DNA from: Anolis carolinensis
Taxonomy: Eukaryota
Direction: 5' to 3'
DNA length: 64,000 nucleotides
Assembly (NCBI RefSeq): GCF_035594765.1
Contig: NC_085844.1
Coordinates: forward strand, 163,386,107-163,450,106
Positions 63,379 to 64,000 of the stretch are shown here, one piece after another (position 1 is the stretch's first letter; the number at the start of each line of letters is the position of its first letter). The position numbers were made by a program, and so were the translations under genes. The notes beneath the pieces are model-generated. The model was given only the letters and a program-made list of their open reading frames with translations, had not been told where the DNA came from and did not search any database.

Positions 63379-63735
63379 CAGGGGTCCCCAAACTAAGGTC
63401 TGTAGGCCGGATGCAGCCCTCCAAGTTTATTTACCCAGACCCCACCCAAAACTTTAGACTTAGAGTCACCCTGAACCCTGAACACAACAACAACAATCCT
63501 AATTAACGTGACTATCTCATCAGCCAAAAGCTGGCACAGAGTTCCCATTGAAATACTGGTAAGTTTATGTTGGTTAAAATTGTTCTTCATTTTAAATATT
63601 GTATTGTCCTTTCATTTTTTTTTTTGCATTACAAGTAAGGTATGTATAGTGTGCATAGGATTTGAACTGTAGTCTGCCCCCAACAGTCTGAGGGACCATG
63701 AACCAGCCCTCTGCTTAAAAAGTTTGAGGACCCTG
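63379..63735 (-). mobile_element. Non-autonomous hAT, OC1-like (inverted copy of the 35559-35930 family)
   Basis: CAGGGGTCCCCAAACT...AGTTTGAGGACCCTG; perfect 8-bp TSD TAGTAAAC. Confidence 0.9.
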
Positions 63736-64000
63736 TAGTAAACAAAGAGGACCTTTGTGAATATACTGTTCTCTGCATCTGGCCTACCACACTTGGTACT
63801 CTCTGACAGTCTCCCACTCAGATACTAACCAGGCAGCTTCTAAGATCAGAGGTTTTGGTTCCTTCAGAGTATGGAGGCAATTTGGACACTAACTGGCAAC
63901 TATGCCATTTGCAGCAGTTTGTACACTCATCTAATACAGCAGTACCATCCAGGACTCCAACAGCTCATTTTAGATTTTATAGTTCAGGTGTAAGGTGTTT

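Noticed and set aside
47850-64000. Expected neighbouring gene (LHX8 3' exons on the minus strand, by recalled mammalian synteny)
   Set aside because: No LIM, homeodomain or LHX8 C-terminal peptide recognised in the ORF track or by eye; a short exon could have been missed.

Overview
This is eukaryotic (vertebrate) genomic DNA, most likely a squamate such as Anolis; that is an inference from the repeat content (CR1 and L2 LINEs, tRNA-type SINEs, many hAT/Tc1-mariner MITEs). The window holds the 3' half of one + strand gene, a choline transporter-like protein best matching SLC44A5 (CTL5). It has 11 internal coding exons (7054-36292) that splice in frame, plus two duplicated alternative terminal coding exons (39305-39417 and 43941-44047). 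One intron (20435-21386) is minor-spliceosome (U12) type. The rest is intronic, UTR or intergenic DNA dense in transposons, many with readable target-site duplications (TSDs). Nearly all ORFs in the supplied track are TE fragments, exon read-throughs or noise. The most notable observations are: (1) the duplicated last exons; (2) an inverted pair of near-consensus CTCF motifs, one overlapping the 3' splice site of the distal last exon, which could also fold as an RNA stem hiding that site; (3) a solo LTR carrying a 134-141 aa ORF; (4) a CpG-rich TA-flanked element built almost entirely from nested hairpins. I found no convincing evidence of a wholly new biological system. No CRISPR array, rRNA or standalone tRNA gene was seen. 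Family names come from memory of motifs, not from database searches.
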